64,000 nt of DNA from Planctomycetota bacterium (lineage in GTDB: Bacteria; Planctomycetota; SZUA-567; H5-PLA8), in NCBI GenBank assembly GCA_016200135.1, contig JACQFI010000030.1, positions 8,656 to 72,655 on the forward strand, read 5' to 3'. Made by a program: the position numbers and the translations under genes. Shown piece by piece: positions 19,309-27,455 of this stretch. The notes below the pieces were generated by a model. That model saw only the letters and a list, made by a program, of their open reading frames with translations. It was not told the DNA's origin and searched no databases. Position 1 is the first letter of the stretch, and each line of letters begins with the position of its first letter.

Positions 19309-20286
19309 TCAGGTCCAATCGATCAGCACGCCCACCAACGCGCGGTCTTTCTTCAGCAGGCGCTCGTAGATCGCAGGGGCTTCCGCGGGCTTGATGCGGT
19401 GCGAGATCAGGTGCTCGACTTTGAGCCGGCCGTCGCGGATCGACTCCATAGTGGCCATGCGGTTCATCGGCTGGGTCCAGAGGTAATACGGATTCGCTTC
19501 CGTGGGGCACTTGGGCTGATGCGCGCCGATCAGGCTCAGTTCGCGCAGGATCAGGTCGTCGTTGATGCGGAACGAGACCGGGTCCAGCACCGCGGAGGTC
19601 AGCACCACTCGGCCGCGCAGGCGCATGATCGCGACGGCGGTCTCGTATGCTCTGGCGTTCGCGGCGGCCTCGATGCAGAGCGCGACGCCCTGCCCGCCGG
19701 TCAGGCTCTTCACGCGCTCGGGCACGTTCTCTTTGGAGGCGTCCACCACGTAATCGGCGCCGAGCTTGCTGTGCATGGCGAGACGCGCGGGGTCGGCGTC
19801 GATGGCGATGAGCGGGCGCGCGCCGCAGGCCTTTGTGAGCTGAAAGACGATGGATCCGACGACGCCCAGGCCGATGACGGCGGTGGGTTCGAGCAGCCGC
19901 GGACCGGCGCGTTCGACGATATGGTGGGCCACCGAGCCCAGCACGCCGATGGTCGCGAGGCCCGGATCGAGGCCTTCCGGAACGAGGAGCGCTTGCGCGG
20001 CCCCTACATTCGACGCATTGGCGTGCGCCGAAGCACTAAGGATGCGCTGGCCGATTTGGAGATTCGTCACACCAGCGCCGAGTTCTTCCACGATGCCGAC
20101 GTGGGAATAGCCGATCCCCATCGGCTCGCCTCTCTCGGCAGCCTTGAGCATGTGGGCGATCTCGGTACCGATGCTGATCTGGGTCCACTCCGTACGCACG
20201 CGGACCTCCCCCGCGCCCGGAGGCGGAAGTTCTTCTTCGCGGAGGACGACCTTCTTGCCGTCGAACTCAAGGCGCTTTCGTTGCAT
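19309..20286 (-). CDS. zinc-type alcohol/sorbitol/threonine dehydrogenase family (MDR) protein
   Basis: Start at ATG 20286 (MQRKRLEFDGKKVVLREEELPPPGAGEVRVRTEW). GIGYSHVG, and the NAD fold VIGLGVVGSI. The longer ORF N-terminus is Arg-rich and overlaps the upstream gene. Confidence 0.8.
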   Translation of the reverse strand: MQRKRLEFDGKKVVLREEELPPPGAGEVRVRTEWTQISIGTEIAHMLKAAERGEPMGIGYSHVGIVEELGAGVTNLQIGQRILSASAHANASNVGAAQALLVPEGLDPGLATIGVLGSVAHHIVERAGPRLLEPTAVIGLGVVGSIVFQLTKACGARPLIAIDADPARLAMHSKLGADYVVDASKENVPERVKSLTGGQGVALCIEAAANARAYETAVAIMRLRGRVVLTSAVLDPVSFRINDDLILRELSLIGAHQPKCPTEANPYYLWTQPMNRMATMESIRDGRLKVEHLISHRIKPAEAPAIYERLLKKDRALVGVLIDWT

Positions 20287-21235
20287 GCGTACGCTCCTTG
20301 AAAGCCGCGTTGATGCTCTCCGACAGCGCCAAGCGGTCCGGCGTGGCCGGTTCGAGATGCACAAGAACGTCGGCGATCGGCAAGCCCGAGGTTTTGAGAA
20401 CGTCCTTCACCCGGTGCCCGATGTAGTGGCCTTCCTGCACGGTCAACTGCCCTTCCACGAGCACGTGCAGGTCCACAAAATAGACCAGGCCCGACTTGCG
20501 GACCAGGCACTTGTCGAGGCCCTGCACGCCGGAAACCTGGCCCGCGATCCCGCGGATGCGCCCCTCGATCTCCGGATGCGGCGCCGCATCCATCATCTCG
20601 GCCAACGCCGGGCGGAAGATGCGGTAGCCGTTGTAGGCGATAATCAGGCAGGCCGCGAGCGTCGCCCAGTCGTCGGCGCTCTCGTACCCTTTTCCCATGA
20701 TCAGCCCGACCGTGATGCCCACGAACGCGCAGGCGGAGGTGAGCGCGTCGCTGCGGTGGTGCCACGCGTCACCCTTTACCGCCGTGCTGCCGATGGCTTC
20801 GCCCACCTTGAAGACCGTGCGGTAGAGCGTCTCCTTGACCGCCACGACGCCGATCAGCACGACTAGCGTGAAAGGCGCGGGCGCGTGGTGCGGAATGAGA
20901 ATCTCGCGGACGCTCTCAATGGCCAGCGCGACAGCCGCGCCTACAAGAGTCAGCGCGACGACCATGGCGGCCAGGGGCTCGGCCTTGCCGTGGCCGTAGG
21001 GATGATCCGAGTCGGGCGGCGCGGACGAGATATGGAGGCCGCCCCAGACGAGCAGAGAACCCAGGATATCGAGCGTCGACTCGATGCCATCCGCGATGAG
21101 CGCATAGGAGTTCCCCAACATGCCCGAGAGCACCTTCACCAGCGCCAATACGGCGTTGATCAGGACGCCTTGCAGCATCCACCGCATGCCGCGGGCAGCA
21201 GGAGCTAGGGACTCGGGCGGCTGGGGCTCGTTCAT
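20267..21235 (-). CDS. cation diffusion facilitator (CDF) family metal efflux transporter
   Basis: Six TM helices. ALIADGIESTLD and AWHHRSDALTS metal-site motifs. C-terminal cytoplasmic domain (VHLHVLVEGQLTVQEGH). Confidence 0.88.
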   Translation of the reverse strand: MNEPQPPESLAPAARGMRWMLQGVLINAVLALVKVLSGMLGNSYALIADGIESTLDILGSLLVWGGLHISSAPPDSDHPYGHGKAEPLAAMVVALTLVGAAVALAIESVREILIPHHAPAPFTLVVLIGVVAVKETLYRTVFKVGEAIGSTAVKGDAWHHRSDALTSACAFVGITVGLIMGKGYESADDWATLAACLIIAYNGYRIFRPALAEMMDAAPHPEIEGRIRGIAGQVSGVQGLDKCLVRKSGLVYFVDLHVLVEGQLTVQEGHYIGHRVKDVLKTSGLPIADVLVHLEPATPDRLALSESINAAFKERTHATKAP

Positions 21236-21389
21236 GCGCAGAGCGTAAGGCGGGGGTACCTGGACGTAAAGCGTGGAGCGACCGGCTTCAGTTCTGGGGT
21301 CACAAGAATGATGCTATCTTTCTTGTTTGATGCCTCCGAATCTCATTGCGCTTTTCCCTATTCGCTTCACGCTCAACGCTCCACGGCTG

Positions 21390-22133
21390 TTACCGGTGGC
21401 CGAAGACGGCCTTGAGCGTGCCCGCGGGATTGCCGTCGCAATCGGTGAAGTTCGTCTCGGCTTTGCCGCCGTCCGCATCGAAGCTGAGCGGTACGGAGCG
21501 CACGCTGAAGTCGGCCCACGCCAGGCAGTCGTTGGCGTCGAGCGTCATCTCGCCGACCTTATCTCCGGCCTGGTCGCAGAACGCGATCACCTGTTCCTTG
21601 GGAACGCTCCCGAGCGTCCAGGCGTTGGCCACGTGGCCGACAATCGCACCGCCGTTCTTGAGCGCCTTCTGCGTGAGGTCCTTCCAGAACTTATTGGAAG
21701 CCGAGTCGTCGTCCATCAGGTAGACGTAAGCCTTCTCGCCGGGCACGAACGCGCGCGGCACGGAGAAACGCTCGGGGTTCGGGAAGCCCGGGTCGTCGTC
21801 GACGACCGGCGTCACGTACACGGTCTCGGGTTCGGACTGGAAGCGTACGATCAGGAACGTGTCCGGGGCGCTGAAGGTGTCCGCCCACTTGACGTGCTCG
21901 TTCTGGGGATCGACGCGGTACTCGAGGTAAACTTCTTCCTTCATGCCGGGCGTGTCGCTACGACCGGCCGCGAGCGCATAGCCGACGCCCACCGCTCCCG
22001 CCAGGAGTCCCACCACCACGCCCGCGAGCAGCACGGCGCTGTTGCCTAGGCGGCGCTTGGGTTGGGGCGCGACGTCCTGGCGTCTCTCGGGTTCGAAGGG
22101 CATGACCTCGGTTCGCGGCTCGTGCGTGTGCAT
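21390..22133 (-). CDS. hypothetical membrane-anchored protein
   Basis: Single TM helix (AVLLAGVVVGLLAGAVGVGYALAA) followed by a ~190-aa extracytoplasmic domain. Coding-like composition. No family recognised. Confidence 0.6.
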   Translation of the reverse strand: MHTHEPRTEVMPFEPERRQDVAPQPKRRLGNSAVLLAGVVVGLLAGAVGVGYALAAGRSDTPGMKEEVYLEYRVDPQNEHVKWADTFSAPDTFLIVRFQSEPETVYVTPVVDDDPGFPNPERFSVPRAFVPGEKAYVYLMDDDSASNKFWKDLTQKALKNGGAIVGHVANAWTLGSVPKEQVIAFCDQAGDKVGEMTLDANDCLAWADFSVRSVPLSFDADGGKAETNFTDCDGNPAGTLKAVFGHR

Positions 22134-22223
22134 GGCGTGGACCTCCCCGGTTCCCGAGACGACAGCTATGGGAAAAGATCAGCGAATGAGCGGAATCCTT
22201 TTGGCGGGAGGGTTGCAATAGGC

Positions 22224-22253
22224 ACAAAAAAACCGGGGCAGCTAACCCCGGTT
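22224..22253 (-). terminator. rho-independent terminator downstream of the SGNH hydrolase gene
   Basis: On the minus strand: stem AACCGGGG / CCCCGGTT, 7-nt loop, followed by TTTTTTTT. Lies 56 nt after the stop at 22309. Confidence 0.8.
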
Positions 22254-22308
22254 TCGCGCCGATCTTCACTCGTGCAGGGTTAGAATATACAGGAACTTGT
22301 TCCCAGCT

Positions 22309-23655
22309 TCACTCAAAGGAGTGGAGCAACGCCTCAGCGAACAGGCGCTGGCCGTCCGAGTTCGGATGCGCGACATCCCGTTCTCCACCATCGAGTTTCA
22401 CGAAAAGGCTCTCGAGTTTCCCCGCTTTCAAGGCTTCTTGAAAGGCGGTACGAGGCGCCGCAGAGAACCCGCATTTCAGCTCTTCAGCGGTGGCGCGCCC
22501 CTGCTCGCCGAAGAAGTCCATGGCGTGATGACGCGCCTCGTCGGCTCCGGGAATCGTTGCCACCAGGAGAATCTCGGTCCGCCCCCCGCTGAGCACGCGC
22601 ACGCGCGAAATCAGTTGGCGCAGGTTGCGCCCCGCGAGCGCCGCGCAATCTTCGGGTGAGAGCCGCTTTTCCAGCATCGAAGAGAGATCGTTGTAGCCGA
22701 AGTGGACCGTCACCAGGTCGGGCGGCGCTTCGCCGATCTCGCGGGGCAGCAGCACGATGCCCTGCCGCGTCTCCAGGCCGCCGATGCCCTTATTGAGCAC
22801 CGTGACGCCCTCGTAACCGAACTTCTTGCGCAAGAGGTCCTGCAGCAGCGCCGGATAGGCGTTCTTCTCGCGCTCGGGCACGTGGGTGCCATAGGTAATC
22901 GAGTCGCCCAGCGCCACGATGACGACCGGTTGCTTGGCCTTCAGCTTGGCCAGCGTGCGCGGAAAGCCGCCCGCCTCGGGCACCGGCGTGGACGGTGCGT
23001 CGATCTTGGGCTCGATGCGCACGTCGTCGATCTCGAACGCGCACGCCGACCACGGGCGGTTGTAGAACCAGCGGCCAAACCACAGTGCGCGCACCAGCGA
23101 CGGCTTCATGTTGCCGTCCTTCTGTCCAAACCAATCCGCCGACACCACCTCGGGCACAAAATCGTCCCACCGCAGTTTGACCTGGCGCCAGTCTTTCGTC
23201 TTAAGGCTTACCAGCGCGGCATAGCGCTTGGTGTAGCTGTCGTCGATGAGCGAGACCGCGACGAATCCGTCGCTCCCGTCGCCTTTGAACCAGAACGAGA
23301 TCCCATCCATCGGGTCCCAGGCTTCGGAACCTTTCACGCCGCGGCCGACAAACTGCGCCGCGCCGCTCTCGGCAAACGTAACCTTGATTGCCGCGCCGCC
23401 GTGTCCGGCCTCGCCCCGCGAGATCTCGGGCATGGGCTTGCCGCTGTACGCGCGCCAGGGCCCGGCATTCTCGCCGTCGTCGATCAGGATGGACTCGTCC
23501 GCGGCGCGTACCGCATGCGGGATCGGACAGGCCAGGATACAGGCCGCAAGCACGGGCGACGCGAAGCGGCGGCAGGTTCTGCTCGGCATGGCAGTTCCCA
23601 GGATTACCGGAGTCCGCGCGCTTGTCGAGGATTTTGCGGCGCGGCATTTCTTCAA
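22309..23655 (-). CDS. secreted SGNH/GDSL hydrolase with N-terminal carbohydrate-binding-like (CIA30/CBM11-like) domain
   Basis: GDSL block VVIVALGDSITYG, GG block LNKGIGG, C-terminal DVAHPNSDG (catalytic Asp/His). Signal peptide ASPVLAACILACPIPHAVRA. ATG 23589 is an alternative start. Confidence 0.8.
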   Translation of the reverse strand: MKKCRAAKSSTSARTPVILGTAMPSRTCRRFASPVLAACILACPIPHAVRAADESILIDDGENAGPWRAYSGKPMPEISRGEAGHGGAAIKVTFAESGAAQFVGRGVKGSEAWDPMDGISFWFKGDGSDGFVAVSLIDDSYTKRYAALVSLKTKDWRQVKLRWDDFVPEVVSADWFGQKDGNMKPSLVRALWFGRWFYNRPWSACAFEIDDVRIEPKIDAPSTPVPEAGGFPRTLAKLKAKQPVVIVALGDSITYGTHVPEREKNAYPALLQDLLRKKFGYEGVTVLNKGIGGLETRQGIVLLPREIGEAPPDLVTVHFGYNDLSSMLEKRLSPEDCAALAGRNLRQLISRVRVLSGGRTEILLVATIPGADEARHHAMDFFGEQGRATAEELKCGFSAAPRTAFQEALKAGKLESLFVKLDGGERDVAHPNSDGQRLFAEALLHSFE

Positions 23656-23805
23656 GCTTGGACGTACAGGCAGGCGCCATCTTCATGCCTTGGAACTACT
23701 CTCGTCTTTGGATTTGAAATCGCTTGGAGATACGTCACGATTCGTGCGACGCTCAGGCAAACAAGAAGGAGGCCGTCGAACCTCCGGCACTCGAGGCGCA
23801 CATCC

Positions 23806-24543
23806 ATGCAAAACCGATTTCGCTGGCCCAAGGGCAGACGCGCGGCGGTCTCGTTCAGCTTCGACGACGCACGCGCCTCGCAGATCACGGCGGGCATTCC
23901 TATTCTCGACAAGCGCAAGGTGAGAGGCACGTTCTATGTCTCGCCTGGCAACGTAGAGCAACGCCTGAACGATTGGCGGCGCGCCTACGCCAACGGCCAC
24001 GAGATCGGCAACCACACCCTCAGCCATCCCTGCACGGGGAACTATCCGTGGTCGCGGAGCAACGCGCTTGAAGACTACACCCTGCCGCGCATGGCGAAGG
24101 AACTGGACGGCGCGTCGGATAAGATCGAACGCTGGTTTGGCCTCCGCCCGGCCACGTTCGCGTATCCGTGCGGCCAGACGTTCGTGGGGCGCGGCAAAAG
24201 CCTGAAAAGCTACATTCCGCTGGTGGCGACCCGTTTCTTGATTGGCCGCGCGTACCTGGGTTCGACGCCGCACGACCCGCAGTGCGGCGACCTGGCGCAG
24301 GCCCTGGCCATCTCGATGGACCGCCGGCCGTTCAAGGAATTGAAGTGGGAGGTCGATCGCGCGCTGGGACTCGGTGCGTGGCTGATCTTTGTGGGCCATG
24401 AGGTTGGACCCAAGACGAGTAAAGACCTGCTGACGACCTATGGTCCGGTGCTGGACGCCCTCTGCCGTTACGTCACCGACCTGAAGAAAAACATTTGGGT
24501 GGATACCGTGGCCGCCGTGGGAACGCACATCAAAGCCGGGTAG
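23806..24543 (+). CDS. polysaccharide deacetylase (CE4) family protein
   Basis: Only the C-terminal 245 codons of ORF 22702..24543 are credible. They start at ATG 23806 (MQNRFRWPKGRRAAVSFSFDDARAS..GTFYV..GHEIGNHTLSHP), which matches the NodB motifs. Confidence 0.82.
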   Translation: MQNRFRWPKGRRAAVSFSFDDARASQITAGIPILDKRKVRGTFYVSPGNVEQRLNDWRRAYANGHEIGNHTLSHPCTGNYPWSRSNALEDYTLPRMAKELDGASDKIERWFGLRPATFAYPCGQTFVGRGKSLKSYIPLVATRFLIGRAYLGSTPHDPQCGDLAQALAISMDRRPFKELKWEVDRALGLGAWLIFVGHEVGPKTSKDLLTTYGPVLDALCRYVTDLKKNIWVDTVAAVGTHIKAG

Positions 24544-24581
24544 CTTGAAAAGCCCGCGCCGGTGCCGGAAGAGACGCGCAC

Positions 24582-25304
24582 ATGCCTAACCCAGGCCCTT
24601 GGCCGAAGAACAAGCGCTGCGCGCTCTCGCTCAGTTTCGACGATGCGCGGCCCTCGCAGCTTGATGCCGGGCTGCCCATCTTGGATCGCGCGGGGGTTAA
24701 GGCCACCTTTTACGTGGTGCCCGGCCGCTTCCTGCCGCGCGTGGATGAATGGCGCGCAGCCGTTACGCGTGGGCACGAGATCGGCAACCACACCACGACG
24801 CATCCTTGCAGCGGCAAGGCCGAATGGTCGCGCGCGAATGCGGTGGAAGACTATACGCTCGAACGCATCGCGAAGGAGCTCGACGCTGCGACCGAGACGA
24901 TTAAGGGCAATCTCGGCGTAACGCCCGTCACCTTTGCGTATCCCTGCGGCGAGCGCCACGTGGGCCGCGATGCCGGCCGCACGAGCTACGAGCCATTGGT
25001 GAACGCACGCTTTCTCTATGCGCGCGGCGACGCCGTGCTGAATAGCCCCGTGGATATCCGCGTGCGCTCGAGCGACCGCGCGGAACTCGGCGCGTTGCTG
25101 GAGCACCTCGAAGAAGCGCGCCGGAGCGGCGGCTGGCTGATTACGGTGGGCCACGAAGTCGGCCCGCCCGAGCATCCCGACCGCCTTACAACGCTCCAAA
25201 CTGTTTTGGAAGCTTTCTGCCGGAAGGTCGTGGCCGCGATGCCGGACGTTTGGGTCTCCACGGTCGCGGAGGCCGCGCGGCATGTTCATACGCTCAATCG
25301 ATGA
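24582..25304 (+). CDS. polysaccharide deacetylase (CE4) family protein, tandem paralog
   Basis: CALSLSFDDARPS, ATFYVVPG and GHEIGNHTTTHP motifs. Collinear with the upstream paralog along its whole length. Confidence 0.85.
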   Translation: MPNPGPWPKNKRCALSLSFDDARPSQLDAGLPILDRAGVKATFYVVPGRFLPRVDEWRAAVTRGHEIGNHTTTHPCSGKAEWSRANAVEDYTLERIAKELDAATETIKGNLGVTPVTFAYPCGERHVGRDAGRTSYEPLVNARFLYARGDAVLNSPVDIRVRSSDRAELGALLEHLEEARRSGGWLITVGHEVGPPEHPDRLTTLQTVLEAFCRKVVAAMPDVWVSTVAEAARHVHTLNR

Positions 25305-25403
25305 TGGAGGCCGCTGCCCCCTTTCCCCGCACTTTACGCTCCGTACCGCAAGCCTTACGCTCCGCATTCTCGTTTCTAGATCTCCCTTGAATCAGGAGCC
25401 GCC

Positions 25404-26918
25404 ATGACCCCGCAAGCCGCCTACGACGAACTAATCAAGCTGCGCAAAGAACTGATCGTCTTCGGTTCCATCGGCAGCGTGCTCGGCTGGGACCAGCGTA
25501 CCTACATGCCTGCGGGGGGATCGAAGCATCGCGCCGCGCAGCTCGCGCTGGTGGCCGGCATGTCGCACGAGAAGGCCACGCATCCGCGCATCGGCGAACT
25601 GCTCAAGGCCGTCGAAGGCAGCGATCTTCTCAAGGACCCCGCAGCGGCTGCTGCGGTGAACGTGCGCGAGATCCGCCGCGAGTACGACCGCGAGGTCAAG
25701 CTCCCGCGCGCGCTGGTCGAAGAATTGAGCCGCACAACCTCAGAGGCGTACGACGTTTGGGTGGCCGCGCGCAAAGAGAACGATTTCGCGCCCTTCAAGC
25801 CGTGGCTCGAAAAAGTGGTAAAGCTGGTGCGCGAGCAGGCCGACTGCTACGGCTGGAAGGCCTGCCGCTACGACGCGCTGCTCGACGGCTACGAACCCGG
25901 CGCGACGACGGCCGAGATCACGGCGCTCTTCGGACCGTTGCAACGCGAGCTCACGGAACTCGTCGCCAAGATCACGCACTCGGGCAAGTGCCCGCCGCAG
26001 AAGATCCTCAACAGCGAATACCCGGTGGACGCGCAGGAGGATTTCTGCCGCGAAACCGCGGCGGCGCTCGGCTTCGACTTCAACTCCGGACGCCTGGACA
26101 CGACCACGCATCCGTTCTGCAGCGGCATCGGGCCCGGGGATACGCGCCTGACCACGCGCTACAACCCCAAGAGCTTCTCCGACGCCTTCTTTGGCACGCT
26201 CCACGAAGCCGGGCACGGCATTTACGACCAGGGTCTTGACGCGGCCCACTACGGCACGCCGATGGGCGAGGCCGTGGGCCTGGGGATTCACGAGTCGCAG
26301 TCGCGCTTCTTTGAGAACTTCGTGGGCCGCTCGCGCGCCTTCTGGAAGCGCATGATGCCGCGCGCCCGCAAGTTCTTCCCGCGCGCGCTGGGCCGCACGG
26401 GCCTCGACGATCTCTACTTCGCGGTGAACGACTCGAAGCCGAGCTTCATCCGCGTGGAGTCCGACGAGGCGACGTACAACCTGCACATCATCCTGCGCTT
26501 CGAGATGGAGCAGGCCCTGATCAACGGCGACCTTAAGGCCGGCGACGTGCCCGGCGCCTGGAACGAGCGTTTCCGCAAGCTGCTGGGTCTTAAAGTGCCC
26601 GACGATGCGCGCGGCTGCCTGCAGGACGTCCACTGGAGCGGCGGCGGGATCGGGTACTTCCCCACTTATACGCTCGGCAATCTTTACGCGGCGCAATTCT
26701 TCCACGCGGCCGACCGCGAACTGGGCGGCCTCGACGAGATGATCGCACACGGCGATTTCGAGCCGCTCAAGAAGTGGCTCAACAAGAAGATTCACCGCCA
26801 GGGCATGCGCTTCCGTTCGAACAAACTCTGCCAGGAAGTCACCGGCGAGACCCTGAGCCATCGGTTCCTAATGGACCACCTAAACACCAAGTTTACCGAG
26901 CTTTACGAGCTGCAATAA
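25404..26918 (+). CDS. M32 family (Taq-type) metallocarboxypeptidase
   Basis: TTHPFCSG, HEAGHGIYDQG (HExxH), IHESQSRFFEN and GYFPTYTLGN motifs. 504 aa. Confidence 0.9.
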   Translation: MTPQAAYDELIKLRKELIVFGSIGSVLGWDQRTYMPAGGSKHRAAQLALVAGMSHEKATHPRIGELLKAVEGSDLLKDPAAAAAVNVREIRREYDREVKLPRALVEELSRTTSEAYDVWVAARKENDFAPFKPWLEKVVKLVREQADCYGWKACRYDALLDGYEPGATTAEITALFGPLQRELTELVAKITHSGKCPPQKILNSEYPVDAQEDFCRETAAALGFDFNSGRLDTTTHPFCSGIGPGDTRLTTRYNPKSFSDAFFGTLHEAGHGIYDQGLDAAHYGTPMGEAVGLGIHESQSRFFENFVGRSRAFWKRMMPRARKFFPRALGRTGLDDLYFAVNDSKPSFIRVESDEATYNLHIILRFEMEQALINGDLKAGDVPGAWNERFRKLLGLKVPDDARGCLQDVHWSGGGIGYFPTYTLGNLYAAQFFHAADRELGGLDEMIAHGDFEPLKKWLNKKIHRQGMRFRSNKLCQEVTGETLSHRFLMDHLNTKFTELYELQ

Positions 26919-26975
26919 GCGGTGCATGTGCCATTATTGAAGGAACAGGTGTAACCGCCGCCCGTCTACTGCGTA

Positions 26976-27455
26976 ATGAGCGGTAGAATGGGTTCCAGCC
27001 TAACCACCTCCCCGCCCGAACGCCCCGCGATAACCTCAAGCGGCGCGGATACGGCCAGCGACGAAGCGCTAATGCGCCGAATCGCCGAACCCAAGGCGAG
27101 TCGGGGCGAGATCGAAACCGGCATGGAGGCGCTGGTCGCGCGCCGGGCGAAAGAAGTCTGGCGTTACTTCGTCCGGCGCGGCGCAAAGCCGCACACGGCC
27201 GACGATCTGACGCAGGAAGTCTTCCTCCGCGTGCTGCGCGAACGCTCGCGCTTCGATACCGCGCAAGCGTTCGCGCCTTCGCTCGCGGCGCTTTCCGAAG
27301 GCGACCGCGAACTGCTCTGCCTGACGCGCTTTGAAGGCCTGACCTATGAGAAAGCCGCGGGCATCGTGGGTTGCAGCGCGGGCGCCGCGAAAGTGCGGGC
27401 CTTCCGGGCCCTCGAGAAGTTGCGTAAATGGATGCTGGAAGGCGGTGACGCATGA
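26976..27455 (+). CDS. ECF sigma-factor-like protein, unusually short (region 2.3/2.4 apparently missing)
   Basis: Region 2.1/2.2 (ADDLTQEVFLRVLRERSRFD) runs almost directly into region 4 (LSEGDRELLCLTRFEGLTYEKAAGIVGCSAGAAKVRAFRALEKLRKWM). ATGA-coupled to the downstream anti-sigma-like gene. Confidence 0.65.
   Translation: MSGRMGSSLTTSPPERPAITSSGADTASDEALMRRIAEPKASRGEIETGMEALVARRAKEVWRYFVRRGAKPHTADDLTQEVFLRVLRERSRFDTAQAFAPSLAALSEGDRELLCLTRFEGLTYEKAAGIVGCSAGAAKVRAFRALEKLRKWMLEGGDA

Noticed and set aside
22702-23805. N-terminal 368 codons of the 613-aa ORF 22702..24543
   Set aside because: This part is antisense to the SGNH hydrolase gene and has Arg/Ala-rich shadow composition. The recognisable CE4 deacetylase begins only at ATG 23806.
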